A DNA stretch of 62,998 nucleotides, the filler included, from Octopus bimaculoides (taxonomy: Eukaryota): the NCBI RefSeq assembly GCF_001194135.2. It is 9 parts of 8 records of this genome, joined end to end, with 100 filler letters (N's around TTAATTAATTAA, not from the genome) between each part and the next. Parts side by side here need not be neighbours in the genome. Positions count along the whole stretch, not along the records: positions 41,300 to 51,876 come from NC_068986.1; positions 51,977 to 61,563 come from NC_068998.1; 7 more parts are not named here. One strand, given 5' to 3'. Below, piece by piece: positions 50,192-61,563 of this stretch. Position numbers and translations under genes: made by a program. The first letter of the stretch is position 1, and every line of letters begins with the position of its first letter. The notes beneath the pieces were generated by a model. The model was given only the letters and a program-made list of their open reading frames with translations, did no database searches and had not been told where the DNA came from.

Positions 50192-52941
50192 AAGAGAGAG
50201 CGGCGGCGGCAGTGGCATGAGGGCCTGCGATGGCGGGAGGGCCGGCCATGGTGTGAGGGCCGGCGGCGACGGTTGCGGCGGCGGTGGCTGCGGTGGTGAC
50301 GGCGGCAGCAAGCTGCGGCAGGAGATGCGGTGGAGGTTCCTACGAGGGATATGAAAATGCAAGTACGTAAACGTTGTAAGGTAAATTTATTTGGAACTCT
50401 ATAGGCTCCGGTGTCGCTACATTGTATATATTGAAGNNNNNNNNNNNNNNNNNNNNNNNNNNNNNNNNNNNNNNNNNNNNNNNNNNNNNNNNNNNNNNNN
50501 NNNNNNNNNNNNNNNNNNNNNNNNNNNNNNNNNNNNNNNNNNNNNNNNNNNNNNNNNNNNNNNNNNNNNNNNNNNNNNNNNNNNNNNNNNNNNNNNNNNN
50601 NNNNNNNNNNNNNNNNNNNNNNNNNNNNNNNNNNNNNNNNNNNNNNNNNNNNNNNNNNNNNNNNNNNNNNNNNNNNNNNNNNNNNNNNNNNNNNNNNNNN
50701 NNNNNNNNNNNNNNNNNNNNNNNNNNNNNNNNNNNNNNNNNNNNNNNNNNNNNNNNNNNNNNNNNNNNNNNNNNNNNNNNNNNNNNNNNNNNNNNNNNNN
50801 NNNNNNNNNNNNNNNNNNNNNNNNNNNNNNNNNNNNNNNNNNNNNNNNNNNNNNNNNNNNNNNNNNNNNNNNNNNNNNNNNNNNNNNNNNNNNNNNNNNN
50901 NNNNNNNNNNNNNNNNNNNNNNNNNNNNNNNNNNNNNNNNNNNNNNNNNNNNNNNNNNNNNNNNNNNNNNNNNNNNNNNNNNNNNNNNNNNNNNNNNNNN
51001 NNNNNNNNNNNNNNNNNNNNNNNNNNNNNNNNNNNNNNNNNNNNNNNNNNNNNNNNNNNNNNNNNNNNNNNNNNNNNNNNNNNNNNNNNNNNNNNNNNNN
51101 NNNNNNNNNNNNNNNNNNNNNNNNNNNNNNNNNNNNNNNNNNNNNNNNNNNNNNNNNNNNNNNNNNNNNNNNNNNNNNNACGCATACACACAAACAGATA
51201 TATACATACATACATATACATATCTACACAGATAAATGCATACTGACATATTGATTGCATGAGAAGCCGATATAAAAAAGAAAACAGAGAGGAAGAGAGA
51301 GACAGAGTGAGAGAGAGAGAGAGAGAGAGAGAATTATAGAGAGAGGGTGGGAGAGAGAGACAGAAAGAGAGGAAAACGGGGAAAGTTGGAGGAAAGTGAT
51401 GGAGACAGTGATTCAGAGTGTGTGTGACAAATACGGAAAAGAAGGATAAACAGATATGCAGTTAGAAACCCTATATATATATATGGGAATGGATAATATA
51501 TATATATGTGTGTGTGGGGTGTACATATATGCACACACATACGTACACACGCACGCACACACACACACATATGCATAAATATATGCACATACACACAAAC
51601 ACTCACGCGTACGCGTTCACACAGTCTACTCACACTCATACTTGAGCACGCGTCTCCTCTGTGTGTATATGTTTGTTAAGCATATTAAAATATTGTGTGT
51701 TGAAAGACAATACTACAATAGACACTCTGGAGAGTGTTCAATGAGCCGCCAACCATTTACTGCGACCGATTCTTACATAATAGAGGCTGACATAGGTTTG
51801 GCAAGAGATTTGAGATTTCCTGTTGAAAGAAGGGAGGGGCAATATAGCGGGGGCAAGAAGAGCATATATATATATANNNNNNNNNNNNNNNNNNNNNNNN
51901 NNNNNNNNNNNNNNNNNNNNTTAATTAATTAANNNNNNNNNNNNNNNNNNNNNNNNNNNNNNNNNNNNNNNNNNNNATATATTATATATATATTATATAT
52001 ATATATATATATATGTATGTATATATATATAAATATATATATAAATATATTATATATATGTATGTATATATGTGTATAAATATGCGTGTATATATGTATA
52101 CACACACACATATATGTATGTATCATGCTCCCTAGCACAGTACGTACATGCGTGTCTGTATTTGTAAAGATAGATATATACATTCAAAGCTGCATACATA
52201 TATATACATATAGATACACACACACACACACATGTATACGTATATGTATATATATGTAATACGTTTGCATGTATGTGTATATATACCTCACACACTCCGC
52301 ACTATTTCACACGGCACGTACTTACGCACATACGTGTCTGTTTGCGTATTTGCCTTTCGTCTGTATGTGCACATGTATTTTTGTAAGTACATATCAAGGC
52401 AGGAGTACATATATCTGTATGTGTGGTGTAGGGTGCATAAATGAGTGCGTGCTCTGTGTGTGTGTGTGGAGCATTTATATATGGATGGACGGTTCGTTAT
52501 CATTTGAGAGCGCCAATGTTAACCAGAATCTTCCGTTTCACAATAAATTGCCGAAAATCACGGCAAAACTAAAATTGAGCGAACATTATTAAGGAATTTA
52601 GAGACGAGGAAGCAGAAGTGCCTATGAATTTAGCAAACCCTTTTTCAGACAAATGAAATCATACGTTTCAGTATGTACAAGGAAAAATCTTGGTTGGAAT
52701 GGTATTCTAGAGCAGCGATCTTCTGGATGGTACCTATTTGGCGTTGCTGCTGTTGTTGTTTCACCATAATTCTCTCATTGAGCAGACTTATAATGAAAGA
52801 CATTCCAATCACGACTGTCCTATCTGTCTTCCAATGTTTAGGGAACACATGGCTATATTATCAGTCTTAACTGTCTGGATGTTTTGCGTCCTTGTCCCAT
52901 TCTGTATTATTTATACATACATACACACACACGCACACACA

Positions 52942-53020
<79 letters not shown>

Positions 53021-53577
53021 GTACATACATACATACATATATGCATGCATACATACACACATTTACACAAACGTGCATACATATATATGTTTTCCTTCTC
53101 TTTCATAACGTGTATAACCCAAAAAGTTAGGCTCTCTTTTATTACTTTCATTGACATATGCATTTTCATTGTACACACTCTTTAATTGTTATTCTTTCGT
53201 TTCGTTGGTATATGTATGTATATCAGGTTTATTGGTTTAACAAACAATATCCACTTTACTTAATTTCAATAGTTCTTCGGAAATGCTTATCGACACTTTT
53301 GGGGATCTTTGGCCTACTTGATCTTCGATACAAGTGTTTTTCTTGCATGTGTGTGTGTGTGGGGGGGGTGTATACACACTTCTATACATATATATGTTTG
53401 TATATAAGTGTATGTATGTACATATATAGGTATATGTTTGACTCTAGGTCTTTATATATTCATGTGTATGCATACACACACACACACATACACACTAACA
53501 CACAAACATGTATATATAGACATAAATACATAAAGATAAAGATACAGAAACATACTTATATATACATATGTACACAC

Positions 53578-53619
<42 letters not shown>

Positions 53620-54062
53620 TTATTCTGATCGCCGATGATAGAATTTGCTGACAATGCGAAAAATAAAAAAAAAATCATGAAATCCAACAACAAAAACAAT
53701 ACCAACAACAACAACAACGACAGCAATAAATGATATATAATGATATTTTTGTAGAACAAGGTCGCTCAGAAAATATTTTTCATTGATCTGTGATATAACT
53801 AAATCAAATTCTATACCAATATCGGAGACATGTTAGAAATATAAAATAAAAACGTTAAAGGATGTGAAAATAAATANNNNNNNNNNNNNNNNNNNNNNNN
53901 NNNNNNNNNNNNNNNNNNNNNNNNNNNNNNNNNNNNNNNNNNNNNNNNNNNNNNNNNNNNNNNNNNNNNNNNNNNNNNNNNNNNNNNNNNNNNNNNNNNN
54001 NNNNNNNNNNNNNNNNNNNNNNNNNNNNNNNNNNNNNNNNNNNNNNNNNNNNNNNNNNNNNN

Positions 54063-54107
<45 letters not shown>

Positions 54108-54112
54108 GCTTT

Positions 54113-54323
54113 TCTACTCGAGATATAAGGCTCGAAAATTTTGGGGGAGGGGGCTAGTCGATTGGATTGATCCCAATACGAAACTGGTATTTAATTTATC
54201 GACCGCCGAAAGGATAAAAGGCAAAGTCGACCTAGGCGGAATTTGAACTCAGAACGTAAAAACAGACGAAATACCGCTAAGCATTTCGTCCAGCGCGCTA
54301 AAGATTCTGCCAGCTCGTCGCCT
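54113..54323 (-). mobile_element. SINE family A
   Basis: Reverse complement of the family A consensus. Confidence 0.88.
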
Positions 54324-55724
54324 TATGAACCCATGTGTTACTCTATAAATTCAATCAATATAAAAAGGGTTAATTAAGCTGTTTCTCGGTAGATTGAAAA
54401 ATAACTGATAAACAATGTTACCCGATTTTCGAACCTTATTGGACTCTCATCAGAGGCGTTTACATTCATTTGACCATTACCGGAGAAACAAGCAGCAAAT
54501 CTGTTTATATAGTAAACAACTGCAGTAGCTACACAAAACAAAAGTAAAAACTGGGATTACGAATTTGCATACCGTGTTAACACTTCACTCATACATACGT
54601 GTCGCGTATGTGCATATTTATGTAAACACTGTATGAGTGTATATTTATATAGGCTTGTGTGTGTGTGCTGTGTGTGTGTGGATATATGTGTGTACGTGTG
54701 CGTTTGCGTGTGTTTCTCTGTGTGTGTATGTGTATATTACACACACACGCACACACACAAAAAAAACATCTCCGTGCTCGTGTGTAAAATGAAAACGTGA
54801 TATAGATCACATGCACATGTACATGATCGATAACAGCACTGTAAACAACTGCAAAAACAACCACAAATTAACAAAAACAACAACACATAATTACGCGTCC
54901 CCTTTAGGGACCAGCTGACACAATTTTTCTTCCCTTCTGCAGACAAGATAAACTACACCACCATATTGTACTAGTAAACAAGACCTACTAAATTTTGTAT
55001 TGAAATTGCTTTCTTTACTCTGTTCAGCAAAATTGAGTCTTTTTTTTTTTTATATTTTCTAAATTTGACGTTGATACCTCTCACGATACGTTTTTTTTTT
55101 TTAGAGTATTTTGTTTTGCTTTGTGTTTGTTGTTTTTATATATTTATTTATATATATATTTATTTATTCAGTAATGCAATTACCACTTGTTGAGTAGTAG
55201 TAGTAGTAGTAGTAGCAGCAGCAGCAATAGTAGTAGTAGCAGCAGTAGCAGTAGCAGCAGTAGTAGTAGTAGTAGTGTATGTGTATGTATGTATATATGT
55301 ATAAATAAATAAATAAATAAATATATATATATATANNNNNNNNNNNNNNNNNNNNNNNNNNNNNNNNNNNNNNNNNNNNNNNNNNNNNNNNNNNNNNNNN
55401 NNNNNNNNNNNNNNNNNNNNNNNNNNNNNNNNNNNNNNNNNNNNNNNNNNNNNNNNNNNNNNNNNNNNNNNNNNNNNNNNNNNNNNNNNNNNNNNNNNNN
55501 NNNNNNNNNNNNNNNNNNNNNNNNNNNNNNNNNNNNNNNNNNNNNNNNNNNNNNNNNNNNNNNNNNNNNNNNNNNNNNNNNNNNNNNNNNNNNNNNNNNN
55601 NNNNNNNNNNNNNNNNNNNNNNNNNNNNNNNNNNNNNNNNNNNNNNNNNNNNNNNNNNNNNNNNNNNNNNNNNNNNNNNNAGTAGTAGTAGTAGTGTATG
55701 TGTATGTATGTATACACATATATG

Positions 55725-55830
55725 ACGGGCTTCTTTCAGTTTCCGTCTACCAAATCTTCTCACAAGGCTTTGGCCAAGGTGTCACGCAGTGGGACTGAAC
55801 CTGGAACCATGTGTTAGGGAAGCAAGCTTC
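55725..55830 (-). mobile_element. SINE family B, internally deleted 5' part
   Basis: cgggcttctttcagtttccgtctaccaaat...gcagtgggactgaacctggaaccatgtg. Confidence 0.8.
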
Positions 55831-55879
55831 AGAAAATGGAGATATAGTATTTAATCAAAATTTATTATCTGCAAAAATC

Positions 55880-56160
55880 AAACATAGACTCTTACAGCTG
55901 TTTCAATTAAGCCTAAAAGATAAAATACCAATGATTAAAATCATTATATTAGGCAAAATCTCTTCAGGGGGGCAGAAAAAATATATACTGTTAGGTTTTT
56001 TATATGTTCTATTTTATAATACATCACAACCTCCTAATATAATGATTTTAATAATTGCCTAATATAATGATTTTAATAATTGCCTAATATAATGATTTTT
56101 AATAATTCCTATTTAATCTTTTAAGGCTTAATTGAAACAGCAGTAAGGGACTATAGTTGA
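55880..56160. mobile_element. Palindromic element with outward-facing GAAACAGCUGUA hammerhead ends and a 25-bp triplication
   Basis: cttacagctgtttcaattaagcct versus aggcttaattgaaacagcagtaag; CCTAATATAATGATTTTAATAATTG three times at ~56033-56107. Confidence 0.65.
55888..55971 (-). ncRNA. Hammerhead motif with long stem II and weak stem I
   Basis: CCCC CUGAAGA GAUU..GCCUAA...UUAGGC..AAUU GAAAC AGCU GUA AGAG. Confidence 0.45.
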
Positions 56161-56381
56161 TTTTTGCAGATAATAAATTTTTATCAAAAGCTATAACTCT
56201 ATTTTCTTACTTTCTTTCGAATGCTTATAAACCATGCTTTCTATACAAATCGACTGTTTTATGAATATTATTATTCACAACAAATATTAGGTATTGAACC
56301 AGTAATTCATTGGATGATACCATCCCTTAATGAGGCTTAATTTAACTTCTAATTGAATTTATATATTGTCTACTCACTTGC

Positions 56382-56414
<33 letters not shown>

Positions 56415-56557
56415 CATTCAACATATATATTTGGAGTTACATGTCTGAATCAAACTGCTTTGATCTCGATATAAATATATATATATATCCACTCACGCAT
56501 ACATCTATAAATATGTATACACACATATACCTATTAATATATATTTTTTATAAAGAG

Positions 56558-57016
56558 CGGCGCAAGAGTGGCTGTGTGGTAAGTAGCTTGCTTACCAACC
56601 ACATGGTTCCGGGTTCAGTCCCACAGCGTGGCACTTTGGGCAAGTGTCTTCTACTATAGCCTCGGGCCGACCAAAAGCTTGTGAGTGGATTTGGTAGACG
56701 GAAACTGAAAGAAGCCCGTCGTATATATGTATGTATATATATATATGTGTGTGTGTGTCTGTGTGTCTATGTTTGTCCCCTCCCCAACATCGCTTGACAA
56801 CCGATGCTGGTGTGTTTACGTCCCCGTAACTTAGCGGTTCGGCAAAAGAGACAGATAGAATAAGTACTAGGCTTACAAAGAATAAGTCCTNNNNNNNNNN
56901 ATAGAATAAGTACTAGGCTTACAAAGAATAAGTCCTGGAGTCGATTTGCTCGACTAAAGGCCGTGCTCCAGCATGGCCGCAGTCAAATGACTGAAACAAG
57001 TAAGAGAGTAAAAGAG
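56558..57016 (+). mobile_element. SINE family B, near-consensus full-length copy
   Basis: All modules present; central (TA)(TG) repeat; AAGAGT tail. Confidence 0.92.
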
Positions 57017-57639
57017 AGTATACTTTCGATCTTCGTGTGTGTGTGTTTGTGTGGCGAGAAAAAGCGGGAGGGACATTGCTAGATACATACATACGTACAT
57101 ACATACACACATACTTACGTAGATACATATATATGTACATACATACATACGTACGTACATACATACATTCCGAATTTGCATCACTATGCACACACACACA
57201 CACACACATACACACACGCATACATGCAGAGCCGCACACTCACGCACGCACACACTCGACATGACGTCACATCTGGCTGCTTACTTCGAAATGCTTGATC
57301 GGTCGTTATTTCACATTTCTTCATTTCTTCCTTCCCTCCTTCTTCTTTTAACGTTTTTTTTATTATGTTTATTTACTTATTTCAATTCTTTCCATTTCTT
57401 TCTCAAATATATATTTGATATTTTTCCCCTTTTTCTGTTTTCCTTGTTTCTATTTTATTTATTTATTTACTTATTTATATATTTTTTTTTTTTTTCCGTA
57501 TGTCTATCAAACAAACCCGGAACCTCTTTCTAATGATTGTATCGTTCGTTTTTCAAACTGGGAACGAACGATGACTGCTCCCTGTCCGGTCGACATGGAA
57601 AACAGGATGGATTAGTCACTCACTGTTGAAGCTCTCGGT

Positions 57640-57645
57640 CCCGCT

Positions 57646-57687
<42 letters not shown>

Positions 57688-57803
57688 GGTCCTCTCTCTT
57701 GTTCTCTCTCTCTCTCTCTGTTTCCTACACTCTGTCCCTATCACACTCTCTTTTCCTCTCGCTCTTTCTTCTTGTCAATTCTCTCTTTCTTATTCTGTAT
57801 GCC

Positions 57804-57851
<48 letters not shown>

Positions 57852-58500
57852 GTTCTCTTCCTCCCTTTCTCTCCTACTCTCTCTTCCTCTCTCCTTTTCT
57901 TCCCTCTTTCTCTCCTACTTTCTCTTCCTCTCTCCTTCTCTTCCACTCTTTCTCTCCTCCACTTTCTTCCTCTCTTCACTTCTCTTTCTCTCCTCCACTC
58001 TCTCTCTCTTTCTCTCTCCTTCTCTTCCCCTCTTTCTCTCCTCCACTCTCTCTTTCCTCTCTTCTCTTCTCTTTCTCTCCTCCACTCTCTCTCTCTCTCT
58101 CTTCCTCTCTCCTTCTCTTCCCCTCTTTCTCTCCTCCACTTTCTCTTTCCTCTATCCTTCTCTCAATCTTTATCTCTTCAATTTCCTTCTCTTTCTCTCT
58201 ATCTCTCTCCTCTTTTCTTTCCCTCTCTATCTCATTCTCTCTCCCTATCACTCTTCCTCTCCCTCACTCTCCCTCTCATCCACTCGTCTTCTCTCTCACT
58301 CTACCTCTCTTTGATCTCTCCCTCTCTCTCTCTCCGTCATGCTATCTCTCCCTCACTCTCTACTCCGTCTCTTCCTCTTCCTCTATATATCACCCTCTCT
58401 CTCCATCTCTGTTTCACTCCCTCTCTCATTCTTTTTCTCTCTCCGTCTCCCTCACTCTCTCTTCCTCCAAACTTTCCCTCCCTCATTGTTCTTATATCAC
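57640..58500. repeat. ~850-bp polypyrimidine (CT-rich) tract with degenerate higher-order units
   Basis: Recurring CTCTTTCTCTCCTCCACT units; almost no purines on the + strand. Confidence 0.9.
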
Positions 58501-58577
58501 CTCTCTCTTCCCCATTCGTCCATTCCACCAAATTGTTTTAAACCAGGGACCCCAGCAAACTTAGATTATTCACCGCA

Positions 58578-58772
58578 AGGCGGAGAGCTGGCAGAATTCA
58601 TAGCAGGCCGAGAAAAATGCTTAGCGGTGTTTCGTTCGTCGCTACGTACTGAGTTCAAATTCCACCGAGGTCAACTTTGCCTTTCACCCTTTCGGGGTCG
58701 ATAAATTAAGTACCAGTGAAACACTGGTGTCGATGTTGCCGACTAGTCCCCTCCCCACAAGATTTCAGGCCC
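58578..58772 (+). mobile_element. SINE family A
   Basis: Complete copy. Confidence 0.9.
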
Positions 58773-58793
58773 AGTTTGCCTGATGTACCCTTA

Positions 58794-59023
58794 TTATTTC
58801 TTCATTGCCCACAGGGTGCTAAACATAGAGGGGACAAACAAGGACAGACAAAGGGATTAAGTCGATTACATCGACCCCCAGTGCGTAACTGGTACTTAAT
58901 TTATCGACCCCGAAAGGATGAAAGGCAAAGGCGACCTCGGCGGAATTTGAACTCAGAACATAGCAGCAGACGAAATACCGCTACGCATTTCGCCCGGCGT
59001 GCTAACGTTTCTGCCAGCTCGCC
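58794..59023 (-). mobile_element. SINE family A (long-tail variant) with perfect TSD
   Basis: GCCTGATGTACCCTTA at 58778-58793 and 59021-59036; the first 3 nt overlap the SINE end. Confidence 0.92.
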
Positions 59024-59284
59024 TGATGTACCCTTAACAGACAGGTAGTCATGATGGGTATACTGGGCTTCGTATATTTTACTCCAGTTTCACTTTGATG
59101 GCATGCACTGCTCTGAGAATTGCAAAATCCTGTGGGGTGCAATGATCCAGTGCAGAAACCGGACATCGGAATCTGGACATCGCTGTGGTGTATATATAAA
59201 AAAAGAGAAAGAACATGTATGATAATTGACATAGCATGCCCCGGTGACAACAGGATCAATGTGATCCTGTTGACAACAGGATCA

Positions 59285-59520
59285 AGGCGGTGAGCTGGCA
59301 GAAACGTTAGCACGCCGGGCGAAATACTTAGCAGTATTTCGTCTGTCGTGACGTTCTGAGTTCAAATTCCGCCGAGGTTGACTTTGCCTTTCATCCTTTC
59401 GGGGTCGATAAATTAAGTATCAGTTACGCACTGGGGTTGATGTAATTGACTTAATCCCTTTGTCTGTCCTTGTTTGTCCCCTCTATGTTTAGCCCCTTGT
59501 GGGCAATAAAAGAAATAAGA
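59285..59520 (+). mobile_element. SINE family A (long-tail variant) with TSD AACAGGATCAA
   Basis: Direct repeat on both flanks; tail ...CCCTTGTGGGCAATAAAAGAAAT. Confidence 0.9.
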
Positions 59521-59544
59521 AACAGGATCAATGTGAAAGAAGAA

Positions 59545-59850
59545 GAAAAATAAACAACTATGGCGATTTAAAATGGGAAATACGAAGGTTGTGGTCAATG
59601 GAGGGAGTAGACGTGATAGAAATAGTAATTGGTGCATTTGGAAGCATCAGCACTCAACTACCAACATGGCTGAAAAAGATTGATGCAAGTGTGAAGGTAG
59701 AACGCCTACAAGAATCAGCATTGCTTGGAACTTCAAGAATTCTTCGTAGGGTTCTTGAAGCATGACCAATAAACAAGTGTCACCTTAGTCTGCTGGCTGT
59801 GGACAGCTGACACTTTCCATTATACCCAGCAAAATAAGCTGTGAGTTTTC
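59545..59850 (+). pseudogene. R4/Dong-type 3' fragment
   Basis: YGDLKWEIRRLW...VIEIVIGAFGSI...LQESALLGTSRILRRVLEA*; followed by (AAT)/(GAT) repeats. Confidence 0.85.
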
Positions 59851-60304
59851 ATATAATAATGATAATGATGATGATGATGATGATAATCCGGGCATATAAT
59901 AATAATAATAGGATCAGTCTAGTGATCGTGGTAAAACGCAGCTGGTTAGCTTGTAAGATAAACACATCTGTTATAAAAAAGATTACAAATAACTCGATAA
60001 TAAATCAATAAAATTTGTTTATCAATGCATCAAATACAGTTCGATCCATATCGAGATTAAACAGAAAATTCCGTTATGGGAGGTGTTATACAACTCAATA
60101 AACATTGCCTATAATACGATAATCGAATCTCTAAATAGAAGGGACAAAAAAGGTAATCCAGTACTACAGCTGTTTCGAAAGCACACCAAGTGCATTTTAC
60201 GTAATATTATGACATGCTTTTGAAACAACTGTAGTAATCGATTACCTTTCCCAATCCTTTCATTTACAGATATGTGTATGCGTGAGAGTGTCTGTGTGCG
60301 TGTA

Positions 60305-60384
60305 CTTTCGCGGATGCGCGGGTGCTTTCGCGGGTGCGCGGGTGCTTTCGCGGGTGCTTTCGCGGGTGCTTTCGCGGGTGCGCG
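60305..60384. repeat. CpG-rich minisatellite, GCGGGTGCTTTC and GCGGGTGC units
   Basis: Direct reading; mix of 12-bp and 8-bp units. Confidence 0.85.
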
Positions 60385-60917
60385 TGTGTATCGTGATCTT
60401 CCCGCTTTTTATGAAGTAGGATATCGTTTGGTCGATATGTTCATAATATAATATACAATGAAGATATACTGGTTTAATGCCACCATTAGAATACTTAGAA
60501 AGGGTAACATATGGACACTTGACAAGAGAGAGAGAGGGAGAGAGGGGAGGGAGAATATTGAATTTAATACTATATTTAGATATGTAGGCGTGGGAAGGTG
60601 TCCATGTGTGCGAGGGCGTGTGTGTACTGAAATACACTTCGTTAGGGTATACTATGAGAATAAAGACGCATTCGAGTGTAAGAATCTTCACGCATGCTCA
60701 CTAATCCATGTCACACATATACAAACACGTACGCCCATAATACGTCATCGAAGTTGCCTCACTCTCGCTCTCATAGTTCCAGTTCAGCACTACGAACTGA
60801 ATTTACAGGTTATCTCACTTTCTTTAGCTCTATCAATTATTAACAATAAAAATATGAATACGTACATATGTATGTGTGTGTGTATACATACATGCATGCA
60901 TACATACATATATACAT

Positions 60918-60956
<39 letters not shown>

Positions 60957-61004
60957 CACACAGACATACATATATAAATACATGCATATATATATATATT
61001 TTTT

Positions 61005-61200
61005 TTCTTTTACTTGTTTCAGTCAGTTTGACTGCGGCCATGCTGGAGCACCCCCTTTAGTCGAGCAAGTCGAGCCCAGAACTTATTCTTTGTAAGCCTA
61101 GTACTTATTCTATCGGTCTCTTTTGCCGAACCGCTATGTTACGGGGACGTAAACACACCAACATCGGTTGTCCGGCGATGGTGGGAGACAAACACAGACA
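61005..61200 (-). mobile_element. SINE family B, 3' half
   Basis: ttttacttgtttcagtc.tttgactgcggccatgctggagcacc...acggggacgtaaacacacc. Confidence 0.88.
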
Positions 61201-61515
61201 CACAAATATGTACACACAAACACGCACGCACATTACCATTCATTATTTTTACTATTCGTTATGTAGCTAAATTTAGATTGAATTAAATGGAATTAAATGT
61301 CCTTACCATGCCTTGTCTAATTGCTTGCCTTTCCTCACTACTTTAATCTGTACCTACTGACTCAAAGGGAAGTCACCTTTAGCCGTTTTGAGCAAGACAA
61401 TCACATAGCCACAACTTCAGAAGTTGCTCAAACTGGAATTTTGGTAGCACACCTATTTGAGCACTCAGAACGCACACCTGTTAGTTTGAGTCGTTCTGCC
61501 GAAACCTCCTCATAT

Positions 61516-61563
<48 letters not shown>

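Noticed and set aside
55990-56110. Short repeat arrays as possible CRISPR (also 27840-28090)
   Set aside because: No unique spacers and no cas genes; eukaryotic tandem or UTR repeats.
56855-56936. 36-bp direct repeat around a 10-N gap
   Set aside because: Typical unmerged contig overlap, so an assembly artefact.
57626-58564. 312-aa and 280-aa Leu/Ser ORFs
   Set aside because: Polypyrimidine tract lacks stop codons by composition.
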